Below are positions 18,247 through 28,727 of a DNA stretch of 64,000 nt, piece by piece. Within the stretch, counting starts at the first letter, position 1; every line of letters starts with the position of its first letter. Origin of the DNA: Clostridia bacterium (GTDB lineage: Bacteria; Bacillota; Clostridia; TANB77; CAG-508); NCBI GenBank assembly GCA_017456555.1, contig JAFTJF010000006.1:75103-139102 (forward strand), given 5' to 3'. The notes below the pieces were generated by a model. The model saw only the letters and a list, made by a program, of their open reading frames with translations, made no database searches and was not told where the DNA came from. The translations under genes were made by a program, and so were the position numbers.

Positions 18247-18454
18247 TATCACCTCTTTTCGTATTAAATTTTAAATTTGATTTTTTGGTCAATAGAAAAA
18301 TTTGACCTTAAGATAATAGCAAAATCGCTATAATTTGAATTTATTGAAATAAATTTTAAGTATATTACTACAGTTTTATTTATTTGTAAATACTTTTTTA
18401 AAAATTTTATATCAAACTAAAATTTATTTACTCTATAATAAAACCTTTTAATAA

Positions 18455-18512
18455 ATTAAAAAAACAATTGGGGCTAAACCCTACCACAAAAACTTGTTTA
18501 GAGTTTAGCCCC
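18455..18512 (-). terminator. Terminator of the two-component operon
   Basis: Perfect 10-bp stem GGGGCTAAAC / GTTTAGCCCC, followed by a T-run on the minus strand. Confidence 0.55.
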
Positions 18513-18566
18513 TCTCCTATTATTTCCTTTTCTATTTACAATTAAATATTATCAAATATTTTTTTA

Positions 18567-20126
18567 TTAGTCAATATTTCCTTTGTGATTTTTGTGTGAA
18601 TTCTCACTCTCTCCTTTAGCTTCTTGTATATCAAAATAGAATTCTACACCATTTTTCTTATTCTTAACTCCATAAGCACTATTATATTTTGTCATGATAG
18701 CTTTTACTAGAGCTAAACCTATTCCAGTCCCACCTTTTGATCTAGTTCTTGCTGTGTCTACTTTATAGAATCTTGTCCAAATTCTATTTAAGTTTTCTTC
18801 ATCAATTTTCTTTCCAGTATTAAATACTGATACTCTGTATTTACCTAGTTCTTTGCTTTTCTTAATTGTAATTTTTATTTCTTTTACTTTATCTACTTCT
18901 TGAACATTTTTTATTGCATTTGTAAAATAATTTGTAACAACTTGTTCAATATAAAAATCATCAGCAAAAACATATATTGGATTTTCTTCTGAAAAATCTA
19001 CATTAATTTTTTGTTCTGTTAAAACAACTTTTGAATTTTTTACAACAGAATTAATTAATTCTACTAAATCAAATTTATCATCATTAAATTTTCTGTCTTC
19101 ATATTCAAGTTTCATAAGTTCTAACAAACGTTTAACTAATTTATCCATTTTGTTAGCTTCATCTAAAATAACTTCTGCATAAAATTTTTTAGATTCTTCA
19201 TCTGAATTTACATTCTCAACTAAACCTTCTGCATATCCTTGTATTAAAGCAATTGGTGTTTTTAATTCATGAGATACATCAGATATAAATTGTTTTCTCA
19301 TTTCATCAATTTTTGATTTTGCTTCTATATCTTTTTCAAGTTCAGAATTATTTATTTTTAATTGATTAATTGTATCTTCTAATTTATCAGATAATGTATT
19401 TATACTTTTTCCAAGTTCATCTATTTCATCTTCGCTATCATTAATTCTATATTTTCTTTTGAAATTTAATTTACTCATTTCATTTGCTATATCATTTAAT
19501 TCTTCAATTGGTTTTGTAAATCTTTCTGTTATAAATAATATTGCAACTCCACCTAAAATAATTGCTGCAAATCCTAATACATAAATAAATCTATTTGAAA
19601 GTGCTGCACTCTCTTGAATTGGTGCTACTGGAGTTCTTAAATAAAATTGATTTCCATTCTCTAATACTGCATCTACTAAAACATAAGGTATTCCATTTTT
19701 CTTATTAACAATTTTTCTAATGCTTATATTTTCTTTAGAATACATTATATCTGTTTTATTAAATATACTATAATCAACATTATAGGTTATATCATTTATT
19801 GTTCCAAATTCGGATACATAATTTTTATTTGTAGCATATACAGTTTGATCACTATTTACTATTAAAATTTCAAAATTGTTATTTACTGATAGTCTTTCTA
19901 AACTTGAATCATACTGTCCCATTTCTTCTTCATTAATTTCTTTAGGAATGTTTTGATTTACATATTCATACATTTCTAAAGCAGCATTCTTTTTAGAATA
20001 ATAATATAATGTTTCTAAAACAGTATTATTTATTACTATAAAAAATAATATTATCATGAAAATAACAATACATAAAGTTAAAAATAATTTTGCACGAACT
20101 GATTTAAATAAATTTTTCTTTATCAT
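18567..20126 (-). CDS. Sensor histidine kinase (2 TM, HAMP, HisKA, HATPase)
   Basis: SHELKTPIALIQGY H-box and GGTGIGLALV G-box. Confidence 0.9.
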   Translation of the reverse strand: MIKKNLFKSVRAKLFLTLCIVIFMIILFFIVINNTVLETLYYYSKKNAALEMYEYVNQNIPKEINEEEMGQYDSSLERLSVNNNFEILIVNSDQTVYATNKNYVSEFGTINDITYNVDYSIFNKTDIMYSKENISIRKIVNKKNGIPYVLVDAVLENGNQFYLRTPVAPIQESAALSNRFIYVLGFAAIILGGVAILFITERFTKPIEELNDIANEMSKLNFKRKYRINDSEDEIDELGKSINTLSDKLEDTINQLKINNSELEKDIEAKSKIDEMRKQFISDVSHELKTPIALIQGYAEGLVENVNSDEESKKFYAEVILDEANKMDKLVKRLLELMKLEYEDRKFNDDKFDLVELINSVVKNSKVVLTEQKINVDFSEENPIYVFADDFYIEQVVTNYFTNAIKNVQEVDKVKEIKITIKKSKELGKYRVSVFNTGKKIDEENLNRIWTRFYKVDTARTRSKGGTGIGLALVKAIMTKYNSAYGVKNKKNGVEFYFDIQEAKGESENSHKNHKGNID

Positions 20127-20138
20127 TTATTTCATCCT

Positions 20139-20819
20139 TTATTTTATTTCAAATTTATATCCAATTCCTCTTATTGTTTGAATGTGTTTTCCTTTTTTTC
20201 CAAGTTTATGTCTAATTTTTTTGATATGACTATCTATTGTTCTTGAATCTCCATAATAATCATAATTCCAAACTGTATTTAAAATTTTATCTCTAGATAG
20301 TGCAATATTTTCATTATCTAATAAATATTTTAAAAGTTCATATTCTCTAAAGCTTAACTCAACTGCTTTTCCATCAACTGTTACTGTTCTTCCTTCATTA
20401 TCAATAACAATTCCATCATAGCTTTTTAATTCTTTTGCATCTGGTTTTGATCTTTTTAAAATTGATTCTACCCTTGCTACTAAAATTTTAGGGCTAAATG
20501 GTTTTGTTATATATTCATCTACTCCAAGTTCAAATCCGAATAATTCGTCTTGTTCTTCTGCTCTAGCAGTTAGCATAACTATAGGTAATTTTTTATTTTC
20601 TTGACGTATATTACGAAGTACAGACCAACCGTCAAGTTTTGGCATCATAACATCTAATAAAATTAAATCTATTTTTTCTCTATTTTCTTCATAAACTTTT
20701 AATGCTTTTTCTCCGTCTTCTGCTTCTAATATGTTAAAATTCTTTTGTATTAAAAAATCTTTGATTAACTTTCTCATTCTAGATTCATCATCTACTATTA
20801 AAATTGTTGCATCTCCCAT
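20139..20819 (-). CDS. OmpR/PhoB-family response regulator
   Basis: Receiver domain with ILIVDDE ... LLDVMMPKLDG. Winged-helix C-terminus ending IQTIRGIGYKF. Confidence 0.92.
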   Translation of the reverse strand: MGDATILIVDDESRMRKLIKDFLIQKNFNILEAEDGEKALKVYEENREKIDLILLDVMMPKLDGWSVLRNIRQENKKLPIVMLTARAEEQDELFGFELGVDEYITKPFSPKILVARVESILKRSKPDAKELKSYDGIVIDNEGRTVTVDGKAVELSFREYELLKYLLDNENIALSRDKILNTVWNYDYYGDSRTIDSHIKKIRHKLGKKGKHIQTIRGIGYKFEIK

Positions 20820-20939
20820 TTTTTACCTCCATATTTTACTACGTCTTTTATATTTATTAACATCCTTATTAAATTTTCTTCTATTAATCCAATTTAACAG
20901 TATACTTATACCATATAATTATGTTTTTTGTGTGAATTT

Positions 20940-22709
20940 CTAAGCCTCAATTAATTTTTTTAATTCGTTTAAATTTTTCTCAAAATATCTAAACGCTTCA
21001 TCATATGTTTCTTCTTTTTCTAAGTCTACATCTACCATTCTTAGAAGTGTTAATGAATCTTTTGCTCCACCTTGACTTAACATATTTATATATTTTTCAA
21101 CATAACCAGGCTCTCCCGCTAAAATTTTGCTTGCTATTACTATTGCAGAAGTAATTCCAGTTGCATATTTATAGACATAAAAACATCTATAAAAATGAGG
21201 AATTCTAGCCCATTCATATTTTATTGGTTCATCAATAATACAGCTTTCACCAAAATATTTCTTAACTAATTCAAAATAAATATCATTTAGATTATCAGAT
21301 GTTAAGCTTTCACCTGCTTCAATTTTTCCATGAACATCTTTTTCAAATTCGGCAAACATTGATTGTCTTATTAGAGTTGATCTAATCATATCTAGTTGTT
21401 CATTAATTAAAGCCATTTTCTTTTTATTATCATTTTCTTTATTTATTAAATAATTTGCTAAAAGAATTTCATTTACGGTTGAAGCAACTTCAGCAACCAT
21501 TATTGTATAATTTGCGTTTATTATATTTTGATTTTTACTTGCATAAAAACTATGCATTGAATGACCAAGCTCATGTGCTATTGTTGAAACATCTCTTGAT
21601 GAATTTATATAATTTAATAATACAAATGGATGAAGTGTATGAACTCCCATACTATATGCTCCACTCATCTTATTGTCATTTGTATAAACATCAAGCCAAT
21701 TATTTTCAAAAGCATGTTTTAATGTATTTACATATTCTTCTCCCATAGGAGCTAGCGCTTCTAAAACAGTTTGTTTTGCATCTTCATATTCGATTTTTGT
21801 ATCTTCTACATCTAATGTATTTACATATACATCATACATATGGACTTGTTCTTTATTTAAAAGTTTTGCTTTTAATTTTATATATTCGTGATTTAAATAT
21901 AAATTTTTATTTAGCTCTTTTAATAAAGTTTCATATACTTTTACATTTGAGTCATCATGATTTGTTGCAGCATCCAATGATGATTCATAATTTCTTAATT
22001 TACTAGAAATTACTTTTTGTTTTACTCTTGATAAATATAATTCTGTTATTGTATTTATATGTTTTTTATATAAAGAATACATTGATTCAAAAGCTTGTTT
22101 TCTGATACTTTCTGATTTACTCATTAAATATTGTGAAAACATTGCTGATGACATTTTGTGTTCGAAGCCTTCTTCATCAACAATACTTGGATATTCAAAT
22201 TCAGTATTTGTAAAAATATCATAAGTATTTTCACTACTAGAAAATATTTCTGAATATTTAGCAAGAACTTGTTCTACTTCTTCACTAAGAATATGTTTCT
22301 TTTCTTTCATAATATCTCTTACCATTTTTTCATATTCTTTCATTCTATCATCTTTTAAATATTCTTCTAATTGTTCATCAGAAATTTTACTTATTTCTGG
22401 TGACATGAAACTTTCTGCTTCTGAGAATTCCGTAGTTAAAGTTTCAATTCTTTTATATAATTTTATTGCATCTTGATTACTCATATCTTGATGATATTTA
22501 AACATTGCATATGCATAAATTTTTTCTTGTAATTCTAAAGCTTTTTCTAAAGTTTTGAAACAATTAAACATTTCATCCACATTGTTTGCTAATTTTCCTT
22601 TAAATTGTTTTATTTTTCCAATCAAACTATATAGCTCACTAATAGAATTTTCTAAAGCTTCATCATTTTCAAAGATTTCAGTTAAATCCCAATTGTATTT
22701 ATTTTCCAT
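20940..22709 (-). CDS. pepF: Oligoendopeptidase F (M3B)
   Basis: 589 aa, with HELGHSMH zinc motif. Confidence 0.88.
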   Translation of the reverse strand: MENKYNWDLTEIFENDEALENSISELYSLIGKIKQFKGKLANNVDEMFNCFKTLEKALELQEKIYAYAMFKYHQDMSNQDAIKLYKRIETLTTEFSEAESFMSPEISKISDEQLEEYLKDDRMKEYEKMVRDIMKEKKHILSEEVEQVLAKYSEIFSSSENTYDIFTNTEFEYPSIVDEEGFEHKMSSAMFSQYLMSKSESIRKQAFESMYSLYKKHINTITELYLSRVKQKVISSKLRNYESSLDAATNHDDSNVKVYETLLKELNKNLYLNHEYIKLKAKLLNKEQVHMYDVYVNTLDVEDTKIEYEDAKQTVLEALAPMGEEYVNTLKHAFENNWLDVYTNDNKMSGAYSMGVHTLHPFVLLNYINSSRDVSTIAHELGHSMHSFYASKNQNIINANYTIMVAEVASTVNEILLANYLINKENDNKKKMALINEQLDMIRSTLIRQSMFAEFEKDVHGKIEAGESLTSDNLNDIYFELVKKYFGESCIIDEPIKYEWARIPHFYRCFYVYKYATGITSAIVIASKILAGEPGYVEKYINMLSQGGAKDSLTLLRMVDVDLEKEETYDEAFRYFEKNLNELKKLIEA

Positions 22710-22909
22710 TTTCCCTCCTATTTACGAATCTTATCTTTTGAATTAATTATTTAAATATTTATAAAAATAAAGTTAATTAGTATCTTAATTAATTTTATTC
22801 ATTTTTTAGTATTTTATCACAGTTTATAATATTAGAGCAATAAATTTATTTACATTTTCAATTTCTGTGATATAATAGCATTAGCCTAGTATTTAAGGAG
22901 GTTGTTAAA

Positions 22910-23449
22910 TTGAAATTAAATTCAGATGATCAAACACTTGCTGAAAGCAAAATCTTACTTTTATATATTTTAAGTAAAGTAGGAAAACCAATTTCACACA
23001 ACGAACTTTTAGAATTGGTTTCATCAATTGTTGATATGAACTACTTTTATTTCCAACAATTTTTACTAGATTTGTTAGAAGATAATTATATTTTCAAATA
23101 TATACAAGAAGATACCGAAATATATGAAATAACTCCTGATGGAAAAAATGCAATAGATCTTACTATTGATATCATTCCAGGAATTTTAAAATTAGAAGTT
23201 GATAGCAAATTTAAAGCAAACTTAGACACAATAAAAGATAAATTTTCTATCTCAGCAGAATATACTCCTTTATCAGAAAGAGAATTTTCTGTAAGATGTA
23301 AAATTGTTGAAAACAATATCACAATTTTTGATTTACAAGCTCATGCTGGTTCAAGAGAGCAAGCAAAGAAAATTGTCGAAAATTGGAATACTAGAGCAAC
23401 AGAAGTTTATCCAAAACTCCTTGAATTATTAATTGGAGATGAAAATTAA
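22910..23449 (+). CDS. DUF4364-family protein (putative wHTH regulator)
   Basis: TTG start after AAGGAGG. LAESKILLLYILSKVGKPISHNELLELV is typical of DUF4364. Confidence 0.6.
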   Translation: MKLNSDDQTLAESKILLLYILSKVGKPISHNELLELVSSIVDMNYFYFQQFLLDLLEDNYIFKYIQEDTEIYEITPDGKNAIDLTIDIIPGILKLEVDSKFKANLDTIKDKFSISAEYTPLSEREFSVRCKIVENNITIFDLQAHAGSREQAKKIVENWNTRATEVYPKLLELLIGDEN

Positions 23450-23490
23450 ATCTCATTAATTAGCCTTTAAATAAATATTTATAAAAACCA

Positions 23491-23532
23491 AGAAAGAAGA
23501 TAGAGTAAATAAAATTGCTCTATCTTCTTTCT
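23491..23532. terminator. Bidirectional terminator
   Basis: 15-bp perfect stem AGAAAGAAGATAGAG / CTCTATCTTCTTTCT. Confidence 0.7.
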
Positions 23533-23581
23533 TACTTATTACTATTATATATTATTTTCAAATAATGATTTTCATTATTAA

Positions 23582-24385
23582 CTATTTTATTTTTCCTGTA
23601 CTTCTATATGCCTCATATAAAATTACACTTGTTGCAACAGCTGCATTTAAGCTCTCTGTTTTTCCACTCATTGGAATTTTTATTCTAGTTGTAGCTTCAT
23701 TTAATACTTCTTCTGAAACTCCATTAGCTTCATTACCAATAACTATTGCAGATTTTTTATAATCAACATCATAAATACTTTTATCTGTTCTTAAATCTGT
23801 TGCATAAACTTTAATTTTATGTTTTTTCATTTCTTTTATTGTTTTTACTAAATTGTTAGATACAACAACTTTTATTCTAAAAATTGCTCCCATTGTTGAT
23901 CTTACAACTTTTGGATTATAAATATCTGCAGTATCTTTAGATACAATTATTTGTTTAAAATTCAAGCTGTCTGCTGTTCTTAAAATTGTTCCCATATTTC
24001 CTGGATCTTGAATGTTATCTAATACCAAAAAATTATCTTCTTCAAAATCAATTGCATTTTCTGTATTTTCCGGTTTTTGAATTATTGCCATTATTCCTTG
24101 AGGATTAATAACATCAGTTATATAGCTAAATACTTTTTCAGAAACATATATACAATCAAATTTTGCAATTTCATACATTAATTCATTTGGTATACAACAT
24201 GTATTTTTGCAATCATCACATATAATAATAGATTTTATTTTGGCATTTTCATTTATTGCCTCTTCTATCATTTTTATTCCTTCAACTATAAATTCCTTGT
24301 ACTCTTCTCTGTATTTTTTCTCTTTTAATTTTTTTATATGTTTTATAGTTTCGTTATCTTTACTTGTAATCAACATATTTCTCAC
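23582..24385 (-). CDS. TrmH/SpoU-family RNA 2'-O-methyltransferase
   Basis: Contains LDNIQDPGNMGTILRTA, VIGNEANGVS and ESLNAAVA motifs. Confidence 0.85.
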   Translation of the reverse strand: MRNMLITSKDNETIKHIKKLKEKKYREEYKEFIVEGIKMIEEAINENAKIKSIIICDDCKNTCCIPNELMYEIAKFDCIYVSEKVFSYITDVINPQGIMAIIQKPENTENAIDFEEDNFLVLDNIQDPGNMGTILRTADSLNFKQIIVSKDTADIYNPKVVRSTMGAIFRIKVVVSNNLVKTIKEMKKHKIKVYATDLRTDKSIYDVDYKKSAIVIGNEANGVSEEVLNEATTRIKIPMSGKTESLNAAVATSVILYEAYRSTGKIK

Positions 24386-24436
24386 CTTTATTTATTATTT
24401 TACACTTTTTTTCTTTAATTATTCAAGTTTTTATCT

Positions 24437-27400
24437 TTATAATTTACTCAAAAATTCTTTCGTTTCTTCTAGTATGTTCTTCAAGTCTGTAATCTTAAAA
24501 GTTATATATGGATCTTTTGATGGTGAAAATTTAATTCTATTTCTATACATTTTCATAAGCTTATCAACAATGTCAAAATTAAATTTTTCATTATCAAAAT
24601 AAAAAATAACATTTTCTCTTCTTTGAGCAACTTTTAAAATAGATTTTTCTCTAGATAATATTTTTATTCTAGCAATATCTAATAAATTCTCTACCTCATA
24701 TGGCATTTGTCCAAATCTATCAATTATTTCATCAGTCACATTTTCTATATCTTCTTCATTTTTACATAAAGCAATATTTTGATATACTTCAATTTTTAGT
24801 CCAGCATTTTCAATATAATCTTCAGGAATATAGCTTGTAACATCTAGTTCTATTTGAACATCAATTTCTTCTACTATTTCTTCCCCTCTGATTTCTTTTA
24901 CAACTTCATCTAAAAGTTTACAATACATATCATATCCGATTTGTTCCATATGGCCATGTTGAATTTCTCCCATTAAACTTCCTGCTCCACGAATCTCTAA
25001 ATCTCTCATTGCAATTTTGAAACCAGAACCAAATTCAGTAAATTCTTTTATTGCTTTTAATCTTTTATCTGCTACTTCTGATAATAATTTATCTCTTCTA
25101 TAAGTAATATATGCATATGCTTGTTTTTCTGAACGTCCAACTCTTCCTCTTATTTGATAAAGTTGAGCCAAGCCTAATCTATCAGCATTTTCAACAATTA
25201 TAGTATTTGCATTTGGAATATCAATTCCAGATTCTAATATCGTTGTACAAACTAATACATTACACTTTCCATCAACGAAATCTTGCATAATATTTTCAAG
25301 CTGATTACCAGTCATTTTTCCATGAGCATATTCTACTTTTGCTTCTTCAACAATCTCACTTATTTCTAATGCTTTTTTTTCTATTCCTTCAACATTATTA
25401 AATAAATAAAATACTTGCCCACCTTTTTCAAGCTCACGAGTTATTGCTTCTTTTATAACTTCTTTATCATATTCTAAGACATAAGTTTGAACTGGTTTTC
25501 TGTTTTGTGGTGGTTCATAAATAACAGACATATCTCTCATACCAACTACAGACATATGCAGTGTTCTAGGAATTGGAGTAGCAGTCATAGTTAAAACATC
25601 TATACTGTTTTTCATTTCTTTAATTTTTTCTTTTGCTTTAACACCAAATCTGTGTTCCTCATCTATAATTAAAAGACCTAAGTTTTTAAAATTAACATCT
25701 TTACTTAAAACTCTGTGAGTTCCAACTAATATATCTGTTTCACCAAGTTCTACTCTTTTTAATGTATCTTCTTGTTCTTTTTTAGTTCTAAATCTATTTA
25801 AAAGTTCTATCCTTACTGGATATTCTTTCATTCTATCACGAAAACTTTCATATTGTTGCTGAGCCAAAACTGTTGTTGGAACTAAATAGACAACTTGTTT
25901 TTGGTCCATAACAGATTTAAAAGCAGCTCTTATTGCAACTTCTGTTTTTCCATAACCAACATCTCCGCAAAGAAGTCTATCCATTGGTTTTGGTTTTTCC
26001 ATGTCTTTTTTTACTTCTTCAATACATCTTAATTGATCATCAGTTTCAACATATTTAAAACTATCTTCAAATTCTTGTTGCCAAGGGGTATCTTTTGAAA
26101 AAGCAAAACCTTCCATTTTTTGACGTTTAGCATAAAGCTCTATTAACTCTTCAGCAACTTCTCTTAAATTATTTTTAACTCTTGCTTTTGTTTTATCCCA
26201 TTCTTTAGAACCTAATCTATTTAACCTTGGTCCTATTTTTTCTGGTCCAACATATTTTCTAATATTATCCAAACTATTAGTTGGAATATATAAAATATCA
26301 TCATCTTTATATTTTAATTTTATATAATCTTTTGTAATGCCATCAGCTCTAATAGTATTTACCCCAAGGTATTGACCAATACCGTGAGCTTTATGAACAA
26401 TAAAATCTCCTTCTTTTAAATCAGCAAAAACTACTACTTCGCCTTCTTTAAATGCGGAAGGTGTTTTTAGTCTTTTTTTAGGCTTGCTTTCAAAAAGCTC
26501 TTCTGTTGATATTACTAAAAGCTCTGCATCATAAAATTCAAATCCCGCAGAAAAAGCTCCTGGTGTGATGTTTACCACTCCAAGAGTTAAGTCTTCTTCT
26601 AAAAAATCTGTATAGACATTTGGTATTTCTTTTTCTAATAGTAAGGTCGATAGTTTACGACAATTTTCCGTGCTTCCGCCTAGAATTACTGTTTGTTTCC
26701 CTCTGTTAATTGCTTCTTGTAGTTCCTGAAACAGTAAATCCATTGAACTACGAAAAAAGTTGACCTCCCTATAGCTAAAGCTATATCCGTTTCTTTTTGC
26801 ATGCATACTTTCTTTGTCCACAAATCCAATGTCTTGTTTTTCTAAATAAACAACTTGTTTTTTAGTTAAACCTTCAGAGAATTTAATATAATCTTTCATC
26901 TCTGTTAAGATTCCTGGAACTATTTTATTTTTCTCAGTTAAATCTTTCATTAAATGAGTATTATCTTTTGTTATATTTTCCGCTCTTGCTTTAATTTTCG
27001 CAATTTCATCTATAAATACAATACAATCATTTTCTAAATAATCTAGTAATGTATCTGTTTCTGTGTAGAAACAATCAAAATATTTATCAATTTTTGTTAA
27101 AAATTCTCCATTTTTAATTTGATAAATATCATCTTTTACTTTTTCTTTAACAGAATTTGGATATATTTTATCCCCAATTCTTTCGCAAACTGTGTCTATG
27201 TCATCTGCTAACAAGAATTCATATGAAGGATAAATTTCTATTTTCTCTAACATTTTTACTGTTCTTTGAGTTGTTAAACTGAATTTTCTTATTGAGTCGA
27301 TTTCATCTCCCCAAAATTCAATTCTCACACCACTATTTTCAGAAGTAGCAATATCTACTATTCCACCTCTTACACTGAACTGACCTTTTCCTTCTATTAA

Positions 27401-27892
27401 ATCATATCTTTCATATCCAAGTAGAACTAGTTTTTCTTTTAAATCTTCTAAATCAACTTGCTCTCCTACTTTTAATTCCATTACATTTTTATATAGTTTT
27501 TCTTTAGTAATCATTTTTTGCATTGCAGCTTCTATTGTCGTTACAACAATTTTCTTTTCGTTTTTTACTAAAGCATTTAATACAGATATTCTTTTAAATA
27601 GTGTATCTTTACTTTCTGCTACATAGTCAAAACTTATTACATCTCTTTTAGGAAAAAATCTTACTTTTTCACCAAAGAAATCTAAATCTTTTATTATTCT
27701 TTTTGCTTGCATTTCATTATAAGTAATAATACAAATTGGCTTTTCTGAATAAAATTTTGTTGAATAAGCCATATGGATTTTTCCCACATCAGTTAAACCT
27801 GATAGCATAATTGGTGTAGTGCCTTTATTAAGCTCAAATAAATAGTCATTAAACTTTTTAACATTTGGTACTGTCTTGATTAATGAATTCAT
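24437..27892 (-). CDS. mfd: Transcription-repair coupling factor
   Basis: 1151 aa. CarD-like domain, DEAD/H helicase motifs (GDVGYGKTEVA, DEEHRFG) and a TRCF C-terminus. Confidence 0.95.
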   Translation of the reverse strand: MNSLIKTVPNVKKFNDYLFELNKGTTPIMLSGLTDVGKIHMAYSTKFYSEKPICIITYNEMQAKRIIKDLDFFGEKVRFFPKRDVISFDYVAESKDTLFKRISVLNALVKNEKKIVVTTIEAAMQKMITKEKLYKNVMELKVGEQVDLEDLKEKLVLLGYERYDLIEGKGQFSVRGGIVDIATSENSGVRIEFWGDEIDSIRKFSLTTQRTVKMLEKIEIYPSYEFLLADDIDTVCERIGDKIYPNSVKEKVKDDIYQIKNGEFLTKIDKYFDCFYTETDTLLDYLENDCIVFIDEIAKIKARAENITKDNTHLMKDLTEKNKIVPGILTEMKDYIKFSEGLTKKQVVYLEKQDIGFVDKESMHAKRNGYSFSYREVNFFRSSMDLLFQELQEAINRGKQTVILGGSTENCRKLSTLLLEKEIPNVYTDFLEEDLTLGVVNITPGAFSAGFEFYDAELLVISTEELFESKPKKRLKTPSAFKEGEVVVFADLKEGDFIVHKAHGIGQYLGVNTIRADGITKDYIKLKYKDDDILYIPTNSLDNIRKYVGPEKIGPRLNRLGSKEWDKTKARVKNNLREVAEELIELYAKRQKMEGFAFSKDTPWQQEFEDSFKYVETDDQLRCIEEVKKDMEKPKPMDRLLCGDVGYGKTEVAIRAAFKSVMDQKQVVYLVPTTVLAQQQYESFRDRMKEYPVRIELLNRFRTKKEQEDTLKRVELGETDILVGTHRVLSKDVNFKNLGLLIIDEEHRFGVKAKEKIKEMKNSIDVLTMTATPIPRTLHMSVVGMRDMSVIYEPPQNRKPVQTYVLEYDKEVIKEAITRELEKGGQVFYLFNNVEGIEKKALEISEIVEEAKVEYAHGKMTGNQLENIMQDFVDGKCNVLVCTTILESGIDIPNANTIIVENADRLGLAQLYQIRGRVGRSEKQAYAYITYRRDKLLSEVADKRLKAIKEFTEFGSGFKIAMRDLEIRGAGSLMGEIQHGHMEQIGYDMYCKLLDEVVKEIRGEEIVEEIDVQIELDVTSYIPEDYIENAGLKIEVYQNIALCKNEEDIENVTDEIIDRFGQMPYEVENLLDIARIKILSREKSILKVAQRRENVIFYFDNEKFNFDIVDKLMKMYRNRIKFSPSKDPYITFKITDLKNILEETKEFLSKL

Positions 27893-28086
27893 TTTTCATT
27901 CCTTATATTATTATATTTAGGTTTTTAAAAGGTTACCTATAAACCTTTTGTATATTTATATATAATATATATTTCCTTCTTTATATATTATTTGTAAAAT
28001 GCTACACCATTATATACCATATTTTTCTTAATTGCAAGGAATATCAAGGATTTTAACGTTTTTTATTTATAAATTTTATATAATAA

Positions 28087-28122
28087 TAAAAAGCTCGCTT
28101 CAAAGAAGAAGCAAGCTTTTTA
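28087..28122. terminator. Hairpin terminator in the mfd/ylbJ intergenic region
   Basis: AAGCTCGCTTC ... GAAGCAAGCTT stem flanked by A- and T-runs. Confidence 0.5.
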
Positions 28123-28179
28123 TAGTGCTTTTAATACACTGATTTGCGTTTGGTACTAATAGTTTCTGCTTTATAAAAG

Positions 28180-28460
28180 TTTTCTGTATGCAATGGGTTG
28201 ATATTATCCAAAAAAACATATTCAATTGTAGGTTATTTTGCTATTACTTTACCACATTCTTTTCATCGTCATTACTTTCAGCAAACCGCTTGTTGATTAA
28301 ATCGCTAATCTGCTTATTTAAAGCAAAAACAACAAAAACCAGCAAAGCAATGATTATAAGTAAGACCGCGATAATGATTTTGGCCAAAGCCAACTCGAAT
28401 TCTACCATCATCATATTTTCATTTTCCTCCCGTCGTTACTCAAATATTGCATACAGAAAA
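28180..28460. repeat. Perfect 15-bp inverted repeat pair bracketing a small ORF
   Basis: TTTTCTGTATGCAAT at 28180-28194 and its exact reverse complement ATTGCATACAGAAAA at 28446-28460. Confidence 0.9.
28244..28414 (-). CDS. 56-aa hydrophobic peptide (single TM helix plus charged tail), candidate type I toxin-like or small membrane protein
   Basis: It is below the ORF-track size cutoff. GGAGG lies upstream. The peptide is MMMVEFELALAKIIIAVLLIIIALLVFVVFALNKQISDLINKRFAESNDDEKNVVK. Codon usage is GC-richer (GCG, GTC, CTG, CGG). Confidence 0.5.
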   Translation of the reverse strand: MMMVEFELALAKIIIAVLLIIIALLVFVVFALNKQISDLINKRFAESNDDEKNVVK

Positions 28461-28727
28461 ACGGCACTCTCTTAGATATCACATGCATTTCACATGTATT
28501 AAAAGTAAAAATTACCAAGTATGAGATTATATTCATAAATTCTCTTGCTAATTTTCACTTGGAAGTTTAATTATAACACTTTTCAATAATTTATTCAAGT
28601 ATTGACTTTTTTATATGATTATCAAATTCATATTCAAAAATTATTTGTAAAACAAACCTTTACAGTTCATTCATAAAACAAGCTTTGTTGAATATATATT
28701 ATCATAGCATTAGTATTTGGAGGAATT

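Noticed and set aside
18301-18338. Plus-strand TTGACC ... TATAAT promoter-like pair.
   Set aside because: The spacer is 21 nt, and the pair points into the 3' end of the convergent histidine kinase gene. It is probably fortuitous in AT-rich DNA.
28188-28475. 95-aa plus-strand ORF in the mfd/ylbJ spacer.
   Set aside because: It is antisense to the SD-preceded 56-aa hydrophobic ORF, has no SD of its own, and its sequence is low-complexity. At most this strand may encode an antisense RNA.
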